Of a stretch of 32,000 nt of DNA, positions 8,826-16,555 are shown in pieces. This DNA comes from Clostridia bacterium (GTDB lineage: Bacteria; Bacillota; Clostridia; Peptostreptococcales; Acidaminobacteraceae): positions 1 to 32,000 of the forward strand of contig JAFGTX010000296.1 in NCBI GenBank assembly GCA_016938815.1, in the 5' to 3' direction. Numbering within the stretch: position 1 is the stretch's first letter; every line of letters begins with the position of its first letter. The notes under the pieces are model-generated. The model did not search any database. It saw only the letters and a program-made list of their open reading frames with translations, and was not told the origin of the DNA. A program made the translations under genes and the position numbers.

Positions 8826-9079
8826 TCAATTAAAAAGCCCCTACAGTTATTAACCGTAGGGGCGAGATATCGCGGTGCCACCCTATTTTGCTTAAATAAA
8901 GCCTTGTCGAGTACAGTCATACTCTAGTCCTATAACGCGAACAGACGTCATTGTATCATTTGCAATCCACAATGAAGCTCCAAGTCTTGTTTCCCAAACC
9001 ATGGTACTACCCACTTTCACCAACATGGGTTCTCTGTAAGTCCATTTGAAAGGTACTTTTCTTTTCACAGCCTCTAATA
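8826..9079 (-). promoter_or_regulatory. T-box riboswitch leader with terminator/antiterminator
   Basis: Minus-strand reading: AGAGA box (9035-9031); distal-loop GUUGGUGAAA (9024-9015) closed by ACCCAU/GUGGGU; T-box sequence AAAUAGGGUGGCACCGCG (8888-8871); terminator GCCCCUACGG (8863-8854) pairing with CUGUAGGGGC (8846-8837) followed by UUUUU. The UAGGG of the T-box can pair with CCCUA of the terminator 5' arm, forming the antiterminator. Confidence 0.85.
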
Positions 9080-9085
9080 CCAAAG

Positions 9086-9114
9086 AGTATAAAGAACTAT
9101 CGGCCGAATGTCAA
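9086..9114 (-). promoter_or_regulatory. Sigma-A-type promoter for the T-box leader
   Basis: Minus strand: TTGACA (9114-9109), a 17-nt spacer, then TATACT (9091-9086). Confidence 0.6.
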
Positions 9115-9130
9115 GGTCGATTTCACCAGA

Positions 9131-10147
9131 CTATTTTTTAGCGATGAAAATATCTCGATTGACCGCTTGTTCCACCCAGTGTTCAAAGCCATCATAAGGT
9201 GCTTCTCTGAGTACTTTGTAACCTGTTTTTTCGAAGATCGCTTGTAAGGATTCATGCTTCAAGGTGAAGTTGTTGTAGGCAATCACCACAGTGCCACCTT
9301 TTTTCAGGACACGATGCCAAGCGAGGGCTGCACTTTCGAGAAGCTTTGTCATATCAATAGGCTGGCTTTTGGACGTACCGCTGTGCTGAACGCCATAAGG
9401 GATATCCGTCGCAATGACATGAAAAGAATCCTTCTTATAATAGTCGTTAACATCGAGGGTATTGCCGCTGGCAAATTGAACGATGCGACGATTCTTATTC
9501 TTGTAGTTTTCTGCTGTATCCGCCGTTTCGATGGTGTATTTGATACCTTTTTTCTGCTTATTGATGATGATGGTCTGATGGGATGCTTCGTGCTTGTATT
9601 TATGGTATTTCAGATAGCGTTTCATATATTTATCGATTTCTTCGCAATCTTTGCTGTTGATTTCAACACCAGACACGTTATAACCCATGATGAGGCCTTG
9701 ATAAAGTGTCGTGCCACGACCGCACATCGGGTCGAGGATGTTCAAAGGCTGATTGAAGTTTTTCGCAAAATCGCTGGAAAAGATGCCGACGTTGATCATC
9801 ATGGCCGTGAAGTCTTCGTTGGTTTTTCCGCTGTATTTGAGGATGCTTGAAAGATCCTCCTTAAAGTAAGAAGTTTTAGTGGTGTTGAGAGGTCTCAACA
9901 TGTCACCTAAGATCTCAAACAAGATGAAATTCGATGAAATTTGATGTAGTGCTTTGAGTACCATTTCATCAATAGGTGGCATTTCGAAACAGTAAAGTTC
10001 AACGCCGTTTATGACTTCATAGTTGTCATTTTCAATAGTGATGTTCAGCGCGTTTGCGATTACCGTCAACTCGCCGACTAATAGGTGTTTCGTTGCATCA
10101 AAGTAGCGTGTATTCTGATGCGGGTATCTCAGTATTCCGTATTTCAT
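9131..10147 (-). CDS. Class I SAM-dependent methyltransferase, UPF0020/RlmL-Trm11-like (probable RNA methylase)
   Basis: Motif I LDPMCGRGTT and motif IV ATDIPYG (DPPY-like), as in THUMP-associated m2G/m6A RNA methylases. GGAGG lies 5 nt upstream of the ATG. There is no adjacent nuclease or specificity gene. Confidence 0.7.
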   Translation of the reverse strand: MKYGILRYPHQNTRYFDATKHLLVGELTVIANALNITIENDNYEVINGVELYCFEMPPIDEMVLKALHQISSNFILFEILGDMLRPLNTTKTSYFKEDLSSILKYSGKTNEDFTAMMINVGIFSSDFAKNFNQPLNILDPMCGRGTTLYQGLIMGYNVSGVEINSKDCEEIDKYMKRYLKYHKYKHEASHQTIIINKQKKGIKYTIETADTAENYKNKNRRIVQFASGNTLDVNDYYKKDSFHVIATDIPYGVQHSGTSKSQPIDMTKLLESAALAWHRVLKKGGTVVIAYNNFTLKHESLQAIFEKTGYKVLREAPYDGFEHWVEQAVNRDIFIAKK

Positions 10148-10268
10148 TCATGCCTCCACAAGGTTAGTTTCAAATGAATTATACCACAGAATATTGAACA
10201 GGTAACACCTCTTTATGATATGATGTAATTTAAGAAGTTCAACATCAAAATGGCCTAGAGGTGAGCGT

Positions 10269-11645
10269 ATGAAAAAAGAATACATAGAAGCGTTTGAAAG
10301 CCTTATAAAGGAATTTGCACAGGTCTACAAGGCACAGGGTATTATCGTTGGTATTTTGGATGACAAGGACCTTTTATACCAAAGATCATTTGGATATAGA
10401 AATGTGGAGAAGGAGCAACCGATTGATGAAAATACGATTTTTGGAATTGCGTCCATTACGAAATCCTTTACGGTGATCCGTTTAATGCAACTGGCGGAAG
10501 CGGGCCTTATTGATTTGGAGACACCACTGGATGAACTTTATGAAGATTGGCAGTTGCCGAAGGAACATACGCCAAAGATCAAGCATCTTATGAGTCATGT
10601 TGCTGGATTTTACCCTCAGGAGCGTTTCTTGATGAAGGATGTGGCGGATGAATTGGGCCTTGAGGCAAGTGCTCTACATGAGTCCTTGGAACTTTCCAAA
10701 CGAGGCATTGATATGATCATCGCACGTTTAAATCAGTCCAAATTATTTATCGGACCGCCGGGGGAATATTTCAGTTACAGTAATTTCAGCTTTGGAATTT
10801 TAACGGATTTGGTCGAGCGATTTTCAGACGAAAGCAGTTATGCAGCGTCTGTGATGAATCACATCATAAAGCCTATGGGGCTTGAACATACTTTTTTTGA
10901 TTTTGAGCGTACGAAGAACGAATCGAATATCACAAGACTTTATACTGCAGAAAAGGATGGTGTAAAAGTAACTGACGACTATATGGATGCAGGATTTGTT
11001 TTGCTTGGTGGTGGCGCTATTAAGTCTACTTTAAAAGATTTGCTGACCTATACGCGGCTTTATCTGAACGATGGTGTTGTCAACGATGTTCGGATTTTGG
11101 AAAAGGCCTCTGTCGATGCCATGATGCAGGAAAGAATTGTCTACAAGGATGGTCAGGGATACGGTTATGCTCTGGTCACTGGCGATTTGGACGATATGCG
11201 CTATGTGGGACACAGTGGTGGCCTGACGGGTGTGTCCAGCTTTTTCGGATTCAACAAAACAAGTGGAAAAGGTGTCGTCGTCTTATGCAATACCGGCGGT
11301 GTACCGGCAACGGCCATCGGTATGGCAGCGCTACGCCTAGCTCATGACCTTTATCCGGATTACAAGACCTTCAACTATGTGGATGGTATTTGGTCCGATG
11401 ATGCGATCCAGAAAACACTGGGGACTTATATCAGTAAAGAGGGCGACCATGCAGAGGTAGTTTTAAGAGAGGGACAGGTTAAAATCATCGCAAACGGTGT
11501 TTTGAAAGATTGTCGTACGATTAGGGATGATCTGATGCTGATTGTAAGTGAGATGGAGGAAAGTCAGTGCAGAATCCTTAGAAATTCAGAAGACGAAGTC
11601 TATGCCCTTTATTTGGGATCAAGGATTATTCCCAAAGTAGGATAG
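10269..11645 (+). CDS. Serine hydrolase, beta-lactamase/PBP4*-like (class C fold)
   Basis: SxxK motif SITKSF, YxN motif YSN, and HSGG in place of the KTG box. Confidence 0.85.
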   Translation: MKKEYIEAFESLIKEFAQVYKAQGIIVGILDDKDLLYQRSFGYRNVEKEQPIDENTIFGIASITKSFTVIRLMQLAEAGLIDLETPLDELYEDWQLPKEHTPKIKHLMSHVAGFYPQERFLMKDVADELGLEASALHESLELSKRGIDMIIARLNQSKLFIGPPGEYFSYSNFSFGILTDLVERFSDESSYAASVMNHIIKPMGLEHTFFDFERTKNESNITRLYTAEKDGVKVTDDYMDAGFVLLGGGAIKSTLKDLLTYTRLYLNDGVVNDVRILEKASVDAMMQERIVYKDGQGYGYALVTGDLDDMRYVGHSGGLTGVSSFFGFNKTSGKGVVVLCNTGGVPATAIGMAALRLAHDLYPDYKTFNYVDGIWSDDAIQKTLGTYISKEGDHAEVVLREGQVKIIANGVLKDCRTIRDDLMLIVSEMEESQCRILRNSEDEVYALYLGSRIIPKVG

Positions 11646-11688
11646 GCTTGTTATAATAGACTTATCGAAAGTAAGGAGACTGGGTTAA

Positions 11689-11925
11689 ATGGCTAAAAAG
11701 AAGAAGGGTGTCGAGCTGCAAAAGGATGTATACGATCAATGTGTGGCGCATTTAAGACGCTATTTTGATACGGAGATGGACGAACCTATCGGGGCATTAC
11801 AGGCGAGTATGCTGCTGGATTATATACTTGAGCATTTGGCACCACATATGTACAATCAAGGGATTGCGGATATGCAAACCTACATGCGGGAACGGGTTGA
11901 GGATATGTTTGCCTATATGAAATAA
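11689..11925 (+). CDS. DUF2164-like small protein
   Basis: 78 aa. The pattern LRRYFDTEMDEPIGALQASMLLDYILEHLAPHMYNQGI resembles DUF2164. AAGGAG RBS. Confidence 0.55.
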   Translation: MAKKKKGVELQKDVYDQCVAHLRRYFDTEMDEPIGALQASMLLDYILEHLAPHMYNQGIADMQTYMRERVEDMFAYMK

Positions 11926-11947
11926 TGCGTGTAACCGGGGGAACCTT

Positions 11948-12637
11948 ATGAAAATCATCAATAGGAAATGGATTGCAAGCGGTATGGTCGCTATGACCTT
12001 ACTTGCCAGCGGTTGTCAGACCAAGGTGGCGATGCCGGATACGGTTGAAAGCCATTATATGGCAGCGGAAAAACTGGTAATCATGGCATCTTACGAGGAA
12101 GCATTGACTCAGTATGACGCTGCGATGGTCTGTCTGCAAACAGGGGATGCTGCACAGACAGCGAACGTTTCGAAGGGCATTTTGAACTTCAATATCGGTT
12201 ATTGCTATGAGCAGATTGGGGATTATGAACATGCCATCGAGTACTACACTGCGTCGGGTCAAGACCAAGAGTCTGCCATGCTGGCACGTGTTGCTCTAGG
12301 CGGCGTGTATTTCAAAATGAAAAATTATGAGGCAAGCAAGGCTTGTTATGAAGAAGCGATTGATTTAGAGGCGGATGCTTATGAAGCATACGTTAATTTA
12401 AGTGCGGTTTATTCCCTTGAAGAGAATGATGAATATGCCTTGTTCCTTTTGACTAAGGCGATCGATATAGATGGTGACAAACCGGATGCCTACGTGAATC
12501 GAGCCTATATTTATGCTTGCCTGGGCAATGAGAAAGAGATGAATGCGGACATTCAAAAGCTCAGGAATATGAATTTTGCTGGCTTGGATGTGTATGTGAA
12601 AATATTTAATGATACCTTACAGGAGGTTGAGCGTTGA
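11948..12637 (+). CDS. TPR-repeat lipoprotein
   Basis: Signal peptide with lipobox LLASGC, followed by several 34-aa TPR-like repeats (e.g. GYCYEQIGDYEHAIEYY, GGVYFKMKNYEASKACYEEAI). The stop overlaps the kinase start by 4 nt. Confidence 0.75.
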   Translation: MKIINRKWIASGMVAMTLLASGCQTKVAMPDTVESHYMAAEKLVIMASYEEALTQYDAAMVCLQTGDAAQTANVSKGILNFNIGYCYEQIGDYEHAIEYYTASGQDQESAMLARVALGGVYFKMKNYEASKACYEEAIDLEADAYEAYVNLSAVYSLEENDEYALFLLTKAIDIDGDKPDAYVNRAYIYACLGNEKEMNADIQKLRNMNFAGLDVYVKIFNDTLQEVER

Positions 12638-14619
12638 GAAAGCATTTGCGAATAGTGGTGATAGCTGTGCTGCTTAGTCTACTATGTCATCAAAGCGCCT
12701 TTATGGCGTCAACCGAATGGACCGAACGGTCGATTATAATCGCAGGAGATGAGTACTTTCCGCCCTTTGAATACGTAGACACCAATGGCGTATACAAAGG
12801 GTTTAATATCGATATCATGCATGCGATTGCCATTGAGATGGGGTTGGATATTAATATCGTCCCAATGCGCTGGCGTGATGCTCGTATTGCCTTAGAAGCA
12901 GGCCGGGTAGATGTGATTGAGGGTATTACTGAAACTGATGAAAGAAGAGAGCGCTTGCTGTTTTCAGAGCCTCATTTGGTCACCTCTCAAACGATTTTCA
13001 TTTCTAAGGATAATGATTATATCAAGTCATTGAAGGATTTGGAAGACAAGGTCGTGGCAGTGCAGGAAAATGACGTGTCCATAGACCTTTTATCGACCGT
13101 GCCTCATATCAAGATCGTGACGGAGTCTAATCAACTGCATGCACTGGAACTGCTCGTAGAAGGGAAGGCAGACGCCTATGTGGGCAACCGTGAAACCGGT
13201 CTTTATTCCATTCAGAAGTACGAGTACTACGATCGGGTTAAAGTAATCGGTTCGACGATGAACCAGAAAAATTACTGTATCGCAGTGACCAGAGAGAATG
13301 AAGAACTGCTGAACATTCTCAATGAAGGTCTTAGAATCATCAAGAAAAACGGTATTTACGATAAGATTTACAATAAGTGGTTTGGGGAAGAATTTGCTTC
13401 TCCTCAAGTGATTTTCAAGAAGTACATTTACATGTTTTTTGTAGCGGTATGCCTCTTGCTGGGTATCGTCTGGGTCAATATGCGGATGAACAAGAAACTG
13501 AGAGAAGAGGTGGACAAGCGGACGGAGGAGCTTAAGAACTCCGACTTGTTCAAGGAACACATCATCAACAGTATTTCTGATGGTTTGATTACCTTTGACA
13601 CCAAAGGGGTGGTACAATCCCTTAATAAAAATGTACTGGAGATTTTGCAGGTAGACCCTCACGAAGCCATTGGTCATTTGCTGGACATGATCGATTTTTT
13701 AAAATTTATCGACAGAAAACTGTTTAGAAAGGCTTTGATTGAAGGTGTGTCCTTTATACGCGAAGAATCCGAGATTACCATTCTCGGTCATAATCGGGTC
13801 ATAGAATACAATATTTTACCATTAAAGGATCGTGTAGGTGCCATTCAAGGTATTACAATCACATTCAACGATGTAACGGTGCAACGCAAGAACAGCGAAC
13901 AGATTAAGCGCCGCGACAAATTTGAATCCATAGGACGCCTCACTGCCAATATCGCTCACGAGATTCGCAATCCGCTGACGGCCATTAAGACCTATATCGA
14001 GCTGATTCCTCGGAAAATCAACAATAAGGATTTTCAGGAGCAACTGGTAAAGGATGTGCCTCAAGTCATCGGACGCTTAAATGAGATGATTACAGAGCTT
14101 TTAGAGTACGCAAGACCGAGGGAAGCGAACAAAACGGTATTTGCCTTAGATCGGCCGATTATTGAAGTCTTGAGTTTGGTGGAGGGGGAAATTAATAAGA
14201 ATGCCATTCACTTGGAAACCGAACTGAATCCGGACTGCCACGTTAAAATGGACAGTCAGCAATTCAAGCAAATTCTGATTAATCTCGTGATTAACAGTAT
14301 TCAGGCAATCAAAAACGTTGAGCAACCAACGTTGATCATTAAGACAGTCAAGGACGACGCTGCGTGCTTTATTGAAGTGACGGATAACGGCATCGGTATT
14401 TCAGAGGAGGATCAGGCAGTGATTTTTGAACCTTTTTTCACAAAAAAATCAACAGGAACAGGGCTGGGGCTTTCTATTGCCCAGCAGTTGGCAGAAGAAA
14501 ATGACGGTTATATGACCGTGGACAGCACAGTAAGCGTGGGGACAACCATGCGACTTTATTTACCTCAGTGGGAAGAGGCTTGTAGGGAGGAAAGTTATGG
14601 GAAAAATATTGATCATTGA
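12634..14619 (+). CDS. Sensor histidine kinase with extracytoplasmic family-3 solute-binding (amino-acid-binding type) domain, TM, PAS, HisKA and HATPase
   Basis: N-terminal SBP_bac_3-like region (FPPFEYVDTNGVYKGFNIDIMHAIA...ADAYVGN...YDKIYNKWFG), TM helix YIYMFFVAVCLLLGIVWV, H-box AHEIRNPL, N box LVINSIQA, G boxes DNGIGI and GTGLGL. TTG start. Confidence 0.9.
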   Translation: MRKHLRIVVIAVLLSLLCHQSAFMASTEWTERSIIIAGDEYFPPFEYVDTNGVYKGFNIDIMHAIAIEMGLDINIVPMRWRDARIALEAGRVDVIEGITETDERRERLLFSEPHLVTSQTIFISKDNDYIKSLKDLEDKVVAVQENDVSIDLLSTVPHIKIVTESNQLHALELLVEGKADAYVGNRETGLYSIQKYEYYDRVKVIGSTMNQKNYCIAVTRENEELLNILNEGLRIIKKNGIYDKIYNKWFGEEFASPQVIFKKYIYMFFVAVCLLLGIVWVNMRMNKKLREEVDKRTEELKNSDLFKEHIINSISDGLITFDTKGVVQSLNKNVLEILQVDPHEAIGHLLDMIDFLKFIDRKLFRKALIEGVSFIREESEITILGHNRVIEYNILPLKDRVGAIQGITITFNDVTVQRKNSEQIKRRDKFESIGRLTANIAHEIRNPLTAIKTYIELIPRKINNKDFQEQLVKDVPQVIGRLNEMITELLEYARPREANKTVFALDRPIIEVLSLVEGEINKNAIHLETELNPDCHVKMDSQQFKQILINLVINSIQAIKNVEQPTLIIKTVKDDAACFIEVTDNGIGISEEDQAVIFEPFFTKKSTGTGLGLSIAQQLAEENDGYMTVDSTVSVGTTMRLYLPQWEEACREESYGKNIDH

Positions 14620-15958
14620 TGATGAAAAAACGATTTGCACCTCTCTTCAATTTGCCTTTGAAGATGATTATCAGGTCTTTACGGCCAATAATGTTTACGA
14701 ACTGGAAAAGATGTTGGCAGAAGAGAATTTTGATGTGGTGCTGTTGGATTTGAAATTTGGTAATGTGAGCGGACTAGATCTTATTGGTCCAATCAAGCAG
14801 TGCAACAAGCACACCGCTGTAATCATGATGACTGCATACGCCAGTGTCGAATCGTCTATAGAGGCGATGAAGCGAGGAGTTTACGATTACATCATAAAAC
14901 CGATAGATATTACGAAGTTGACATTCTTGATCCACAAAGCGATGGACTTCAAGCGTTTGAATGAACGTGTTAGTTTGTTAGAAAAAGTGGCAGAGAAAAG
15001 GGAGCAAAATCCTCAAATTGTGGGCTCCTCAAAAAAGATGCAGGATATCTTCCATATTATCGATAAGGTGAAAGACATCGAAATGAACGTTTTGATAGAG
15101 GGACCTAGTGGTACGGGTAAGGAACTGGTGGCCAGAGAGATTCACTATCGTGGCAAGCGTAAGGACCAGCCTTTTGAGGTGGTGAATTGCGGTGCTATTC
15201 CGAGCACTTTGATAGAAAGTGAGCTTTTTGGTTATGAGAAGGGCGCTTTTACAGGTGCTGCGGCTAAAAGGAAAGGCATGTTCGAACTGGCCAACAGTGG
15301 CACTTTGTTCCTAGATGAAATCGGTGAGATGGATTTACACGCCCAAGTTAAACTTTTAAGGGTTCTGCAGACTATGGAAATCTTTCCGCTGGGTTCTGAG
15401 AAAAGTAAAAAAGTCGATGTGCGTATTATCGCTGCGACCAATAAAGACCTTAAGGAAGAGGTCAGAAAAGGCAATTTTAGAGAAGACCTCTATTTCAGAC
15501 TCAATGTCATCTCCATTGGCATGCCGTCCCTCAATCAGCGTATTGAAGATTTGCCACTGCTCATTGAGCATTTCATCCAAAAAACGGCACTGGATTTTGA
15601 TTTGCCAGTAAAGAGCGTAAGCCGTGAGGCATACAATGCCCTTGAACACTATGAGTTTCCCGGAAACGTCAGAGAACTTCAAAATATTATCGAGCGTTCA
15701 GTAGTATTTGCTAGCAACGATGTCATTGAACTGGCGGATTTACCTGAGATGATTACGGAGCATCAGATCCCACTGAATCGGTCGGCTAAAATTGTTCCTA
15801 TTACTATCGGTATTACGCTGGCTGAAGTGGAGCGTATCATGATTGAGGAAACCTTGGCGCATAATGAGGGCAATCGAAGAAAAACGGCGGAACAGCTAGG
15901 GATTAGCGAGCGTAACCTGCGCTATAAAATCAAAGAATATGCAGAGGATGAATTCTAA
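14597..15958 (+). CDS. NtrC-family sigma-54-dependent response regulator (REC + AAA+ + Fis-type HTH)
   Basis: Receiver domain (DVVLLDLKF), Walker A GPSGTGKE, the sigma-54 contact loop ESELFGYEKGAFTGA (GAFTGA), and a C-terminal HTH RRKTAEQLGISERNLRYKI. Overlaps the kinase gene by 23 nt. Confidence 0.92.
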   Translation: MGKILIIDDEKTICTSLQFAFEDDYQVFTANNVYELEKMLAEENFDVVLLDLKFGNVSGLDLIGPIKQCNKHTAVIMMTAYASVESSIEAMKRGVYDYIIKPIDITKLTFLIHKAMDFKRLNERVSLLEKVAEKREQNPQIVGSSKKMQDIFHIIDKVKDIEMNVLIEGPSGTGKELVAREIHYRGKRKDQPFEVVNCGAIPSTLIESELFGYEKGAFTGAAAKRKGMFELANSGTLFLDEIGEMDLHAQVKLLRVLQTMEIFPLGSEKSKKVDVRIIAATNKDLKEEVRKGNFREDLYFRLNVISIGMPSLNQRIEDLPLLIEHFIQKTALDFDLPVKSVSREAYNALEHYEFPGNVRELQNIIERSVVFASNDVIELADLPEMITEHQIPLNRSAKIVPITIGITLAEVERIMIEETLAHNEGNRRKTAEQLGISERNLRYKIKEYAEDEF

Positions 15959-15977
15959 AAAGAGGAAATATTTGCCT

Positions 15978-16004
15978 ACCCTGCAAAATTTGCAGGGTTT
16001 TTTA
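15978..16004 (+). terminator. Intrinsic terminator of the two-component operon
   Basis: ACCCTGCAAA-A-TTTGCAGGGT (15978-15998) followed by TTTTTTATT. Confidence 0.8.
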
Positions 16005-16082
16005 TTGTTTATAGAACAGCCATAGAGGGATAAACGTGTTTGAATTGTTGAAAAATAGCCATTCTTCATTCGTGAGATAAGT

Positions 16083-16098
16083 TGGCATTAAACTTGCT
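16083..16098 (+). promoter_or_regulatory. Sigma-54 (-24/-12) promoter
   Basis: TGGCAT TAAAC TTGCT compared with the consensus TGGCAC-N5-TTGCW, with exact GG-N10-GC spacing. It lies 125 nt downstream of the sigma-54 activator gene. Confidence 0.7.
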
Positions 16099-16108
16099 AT
16101 ATAATAGG

Positions 16109-16255
16109 ATGTTATGGTTGCGGTTATTCAAAACCCTAAATTAAAAGTTCTACTTCAATCTCCCTAGAACAGAATAACGCAACTGAAGTATAACGTCGCT
16201 TCCCCGAGCGATTGCAAAGGCTTGTTTCCCCGAACAAAGCCTTTGTTTATTTTTT
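16109..16255 (+). ncRNA. Candidate sigma-54-dependent small RNA with C-rich (UUCCCCGA) hairpin loops
   Basis: Bounded by the sigma-54 promoter and a strong terminator. Long stem 16116-16129 / 16172-16183. Hairpin CGCT/AGCG (16197-16210) with loop TCCCCG. Terminator stem 16215-16226 / 16233-16245 with loop TCCCCG, followed by TTTATTTTTT. The 5' end is predicted only from promoter geometry. Confidence 0.5.
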
Positions 16256-16294
16256 GGAGTACAAAAAAATTACAAGACTTCAACAAAATACTTG

Positions 16295-16323
16295 TTGACC
16301 GATGCTTGAAAAAGGTCTATACT
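16295..16323 (+). promoter_or_regulatory. Sigma-A-type promoter for the aro leader
   Basis: TTGACC (16295-16300), a 17-nt spacer, then TATACT (16318-16323). Confidence 0.65.
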
Positions 16324-16356
16324 TCTAATCAATATAAAAAGTGGAAGGTGTTCAAC

Positions 16357-16479
16357 ATGATGAACTTAGCAAATCAATTGACCACAACTGCATATGAGTA
16401 TTTTTATGGTTTTACTTGGGCTTACTATTTTAGCGCAGGTTATTCGTCATACAAAAAAATACTGGCAGTTTCTACTTAA
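16357..16479 (+). CDS. Aromatic-rich leader peptide (40 aa) of the aroF-tyrA operon
   Basis: GGAAGGTG lies 6 nt upstream of ATGATG. The peptide is MMNLANQLTTTAYEYFYGFTWAYYFSAGYSSYKKILAVST, with 7 Tyr, 3 Phe and 1 Trp among residues 13-32. It sits between a promoter and a terminator directly upstream of aromatic amino-acid biosynthesis genes. Confidence 0.55.
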   Translation: MMNLANQLTTTAYEYFYGFTWAYYFSAGYSSYKKILAVST

Positions 16480-16518
16480 GGGAAAAACCACAACAAATTA
16501 TACAGACGTATGAATTTT

Positions 16519-16555
16519 AGGAGTGTTCCGTTGGGACACTCCTTTTTCGATTTTT
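16519..16555 (+). terminator. Intrinsic terminator (putative attenuator) upstream of aroF
   Basis: AGGAGTGTTC (16519-16528) pairs with GGACACTCCT (16534-16543), followed by TTTTTCGATTTTT. It ends 17 nt before the aroF RBS. Confidence 0.75.

Noticed and set aside
9000-9045. AUG triplets in the T-box leader as the Met specifier codon
   Set aside because: In my hand fold both AUGs lie in paired segments of Stem I rather than at the 3' end of the specifier loop followed by a purine. I therefore left the specifier unassigned rather than forcing AUG.
8892-9083. 63-aa minus-strand ORF
   Set aside because: It lies entirely within the T-box leader RNA and has no RBS. It is explained by the riboswitch.
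9254-9850. 198-aa plus-strand ORF
   Set aside because: It is antisense to and fully inside the well-supported methyltransferase gene. It has no RBS and no recognisable motifs.
9131-10147. Lone methyltransferase as an orphan restriction-modification or defence component
   Set aside because: Its motifs (LDPMCGRGTT, DIPYG) resemble UPF0020/RlmL-Trm11 RNA methylases. There is no neighbouring nuclease, specificity subunit or mobile-element marker.
13090-13677. 195-aa minus-strand ORF
   Set aside because: It is antisense to and inside the histidine kinase gene. It has no RBS and no recognisable motifs.
16114-16167. 17-codon ORF (MVAVIQNPKLKVLLQSP) inside the candidate sigma-54 RNA
   Set aside because: It has only a weak AGGA 4 nt upstream and would be almost leaderless from the predicted start. 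It also overlaps the long stem. I cannot exclude a dual-function RNA, but there is no positive evidence for translation.
16222-16479. 85-aa ORF from the track spanning the sRNA terminator, the sigma-A promoter and the leader peptide
   Set aside because: Its first 45 codons run through the terminator T-tract and the TTGACC/TATACT promoter and have no RBS. Only the last 40 codons (16357-16479) have a Shine-Dalgarno site and lie downstream of the promoter.
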